Source: Orbicella franksi (taxonomy: Eukaryota). Taken from it: 64,000 nt of DNA. This document shows positions 62,166 through 64,000 of the stretch, in pieces. Position numbers and translations under genes: made by a program. A model generated the notes under the pieces. That model searched no databases. It saw only the letters and a list, made by a program, of their open reading frames with translations, and was not told where the DNA came from. The stretch lies in the NCBI GenBank assembly GCA_964199315.1, contig OZ116699.1, forward strand, positions 32,674,001 to 32,738,000, written 5' to 3'. Within the stretch, counting starts at the first letter, position 1. Each line of letters starts with the position of its first letter.

Positions 62166-63879
62166 CAGATGGCATTCATATTAGGAATAATAGTACAGTT
62201 TATGAGTGGTGCTTTTCAGTTGTGATAACGAACTGGATTCTTCAACATTTGGATTTCGCCATGTTTACTGATCTCGGGTCGTAATCTGTTTTTCTGGATT
62301 CATGGAAATCCCTTGTGACTGGCTATTTGACATACAATGCAAGGCCGCTGTATCATTTTTAGGTTAATGGACATCCAGTGGTGTTCAAAAAGATGCCATT
62401 ACTGGGAAATCTGTGCTCATAATAATAAAATATTTTAATTCTACTTGTAACAAATTTTATAATAGTTTAAGTCTGCAACAGCTGGCATTTTGTTAGTAAC
62501 GTTTTTTCTCACTGAATAGGAACCTCAAATGTTTATTCAAAGCTTTATTGTGTCATACACAAAATAATTGTCTTTCAACGTGGAGTAAGGTAGAAATTCT
62601 ACATTGGAACTGCAACTAAAGAACAGGACTCTGACAATAATATTCTTACAATTATGAAACTCTTGCCAGTAACAAACAGTTGCATCAACTTGAACTTGAT
62701 TCTAACCAAGAACCAGTACTGAACTGAATAAAATAATATGCTTAGTTTGTTACATCTTTGAAAATAAATATTAAATAATTTCACCTCAGATTACATTGAC
62801 TTTTTTTCTCCAGTGAGCCACAAAAGTTCACTTTCAACAGGCTACTTAGTACTTACACTTCGAGGTAATGCAGCCTACTCCAGCCCAACCTACTCTAACC
62901 AGAATTGGATAGGTAAGGGTAGGAATGTGAGCGCAATTAAGGATTTACACTACACATGGTGTTCCAAAATTCTTTCAAAACTGCACAAGCCTTTAGGTGT
63001 GTGTAACTTGAAAGAATTTTCAAATATCACGAGTAGTGTAAATCCCTCATTACTCAAACTCTCATACGATTACACATTCATTATATGACTAAGAAATTTA
63101 TGAACATGCACAGAGCAATTTGATGTGCAAATTAAAGATTAACAGGAAATTGGCCTGCTCTCAACCAATCACAATGAAGTAATTTTCTCAGTCATATAAT
63201 AAATGCTGTATCAACTGCCTCATCTCTTGGTGCATTTGCACTTCGTAGGTGAAAGGGAGCATGATGCTTGATGGTTAGGTCTCAGTTTTTGGGCAACACT
63301 ATGCACACTATGCTCAAACCAAGGAAAGACACCAAGACGAGGCAGGATTTAGAATACATGACATCTAAGTGCAAGTGGCCTTTTGACTGGCAACACTTCT
63401 CAATTATGGAAATCTTCAACTTGCATATTCAAATTTGAAAATTTTGGCTTGATGTCACACAATGGCATGTGACATCATGATACTAGCAAGTGTTGTTTCA
63501 TAAAAAAAAATTAATATGTGAAAGCACTTTCACAGTACTTTTCATAACTTTGCACACCTTACATGTACTTGATGTGTTGAAAACACAACTTTACATTCTA
63601 ACTATCGAGCAATTTTTTCAGAGGGAAAAACAGATTCAACACATGAGAACAGTAAATCAACTACCAGCATAGCTGTTAGTTGTTAGTCATCAAGGTTAAG
63701 ATAAGTCACAAAATGTTCCTGTTACTCCAGTGAACAAAATTAAGATAAAAATGGAGTTTCAGGGCACATGTCAAAATATTTGTGAATTGTTGTCAATGTC
63801 TGATTTCCATTTAGACTCTTTCTTTGTTTTGTGATTTGAAAGAACTCTGGTTCCAAGGAAGAGAAAGATCAAACAAGTA

Positions 63880-64000
63880 CAGAGGCACCCCACCTTATGG
63901 TCACCCCATTAATACGGCCACCTCGTCATAATGGCCACTTTATTCTGCCGCAAACTAAAGCTCAGTAAATAAGGCCACCCCATTAATACGTCCAGATTTT
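63880..64000. mobile_element. Left end of a Tc1-like MITE, truncated by the window edge
   Basis: TA|CAGAGGCACCCC followed by repeated GGCCACC/GGTCACC..ATTAATACG subterminal motifs. Confidence 0.55.

Overview
AT-rich, intron-rich animal genomic DNA, probably from a stony coral or related anthozoan (inferred from the MITE/SINE families; not provable here). It is not prokaryotic: no operons, CRISPR, rRNA or tRNA genes. Four complete spliced genes were reconstructed by hand with consistent GT-AG junctions and phases. (1) PPIP5K/VIP1, minus strand, 20 coding exons, about 1365 aa, 5341-24183. (2) USP8, plus strand, 17 coding exons, about 1350 aa, 31913-47528, with two canonical tandem WW domains ahead of the 14-3-3 site. 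(3) GAMT, minus strand, 2 exons, 233 aa, 53204-56951. (4) An unrecognised two-exon 62-aa single-pass membrane microprotein, plus strand, 59201-62165, only partly captured by the ORF track. The first coding exon of a second, tandem PPIP5K paralog lies at 689-841 and the rest of that gene is outside the window. Introns and intergenic DNA are dense with non-autonomous DNA transposons (TTAA-flanked Kolobok-like, hAT-like, Tc1-like, foldback-like), tRNA-derived SINEs and tandem repeats. A datable nested stack of five elements sits immediately upstream of GAMT. One 139-N assembly gap lies at 43800-43938.
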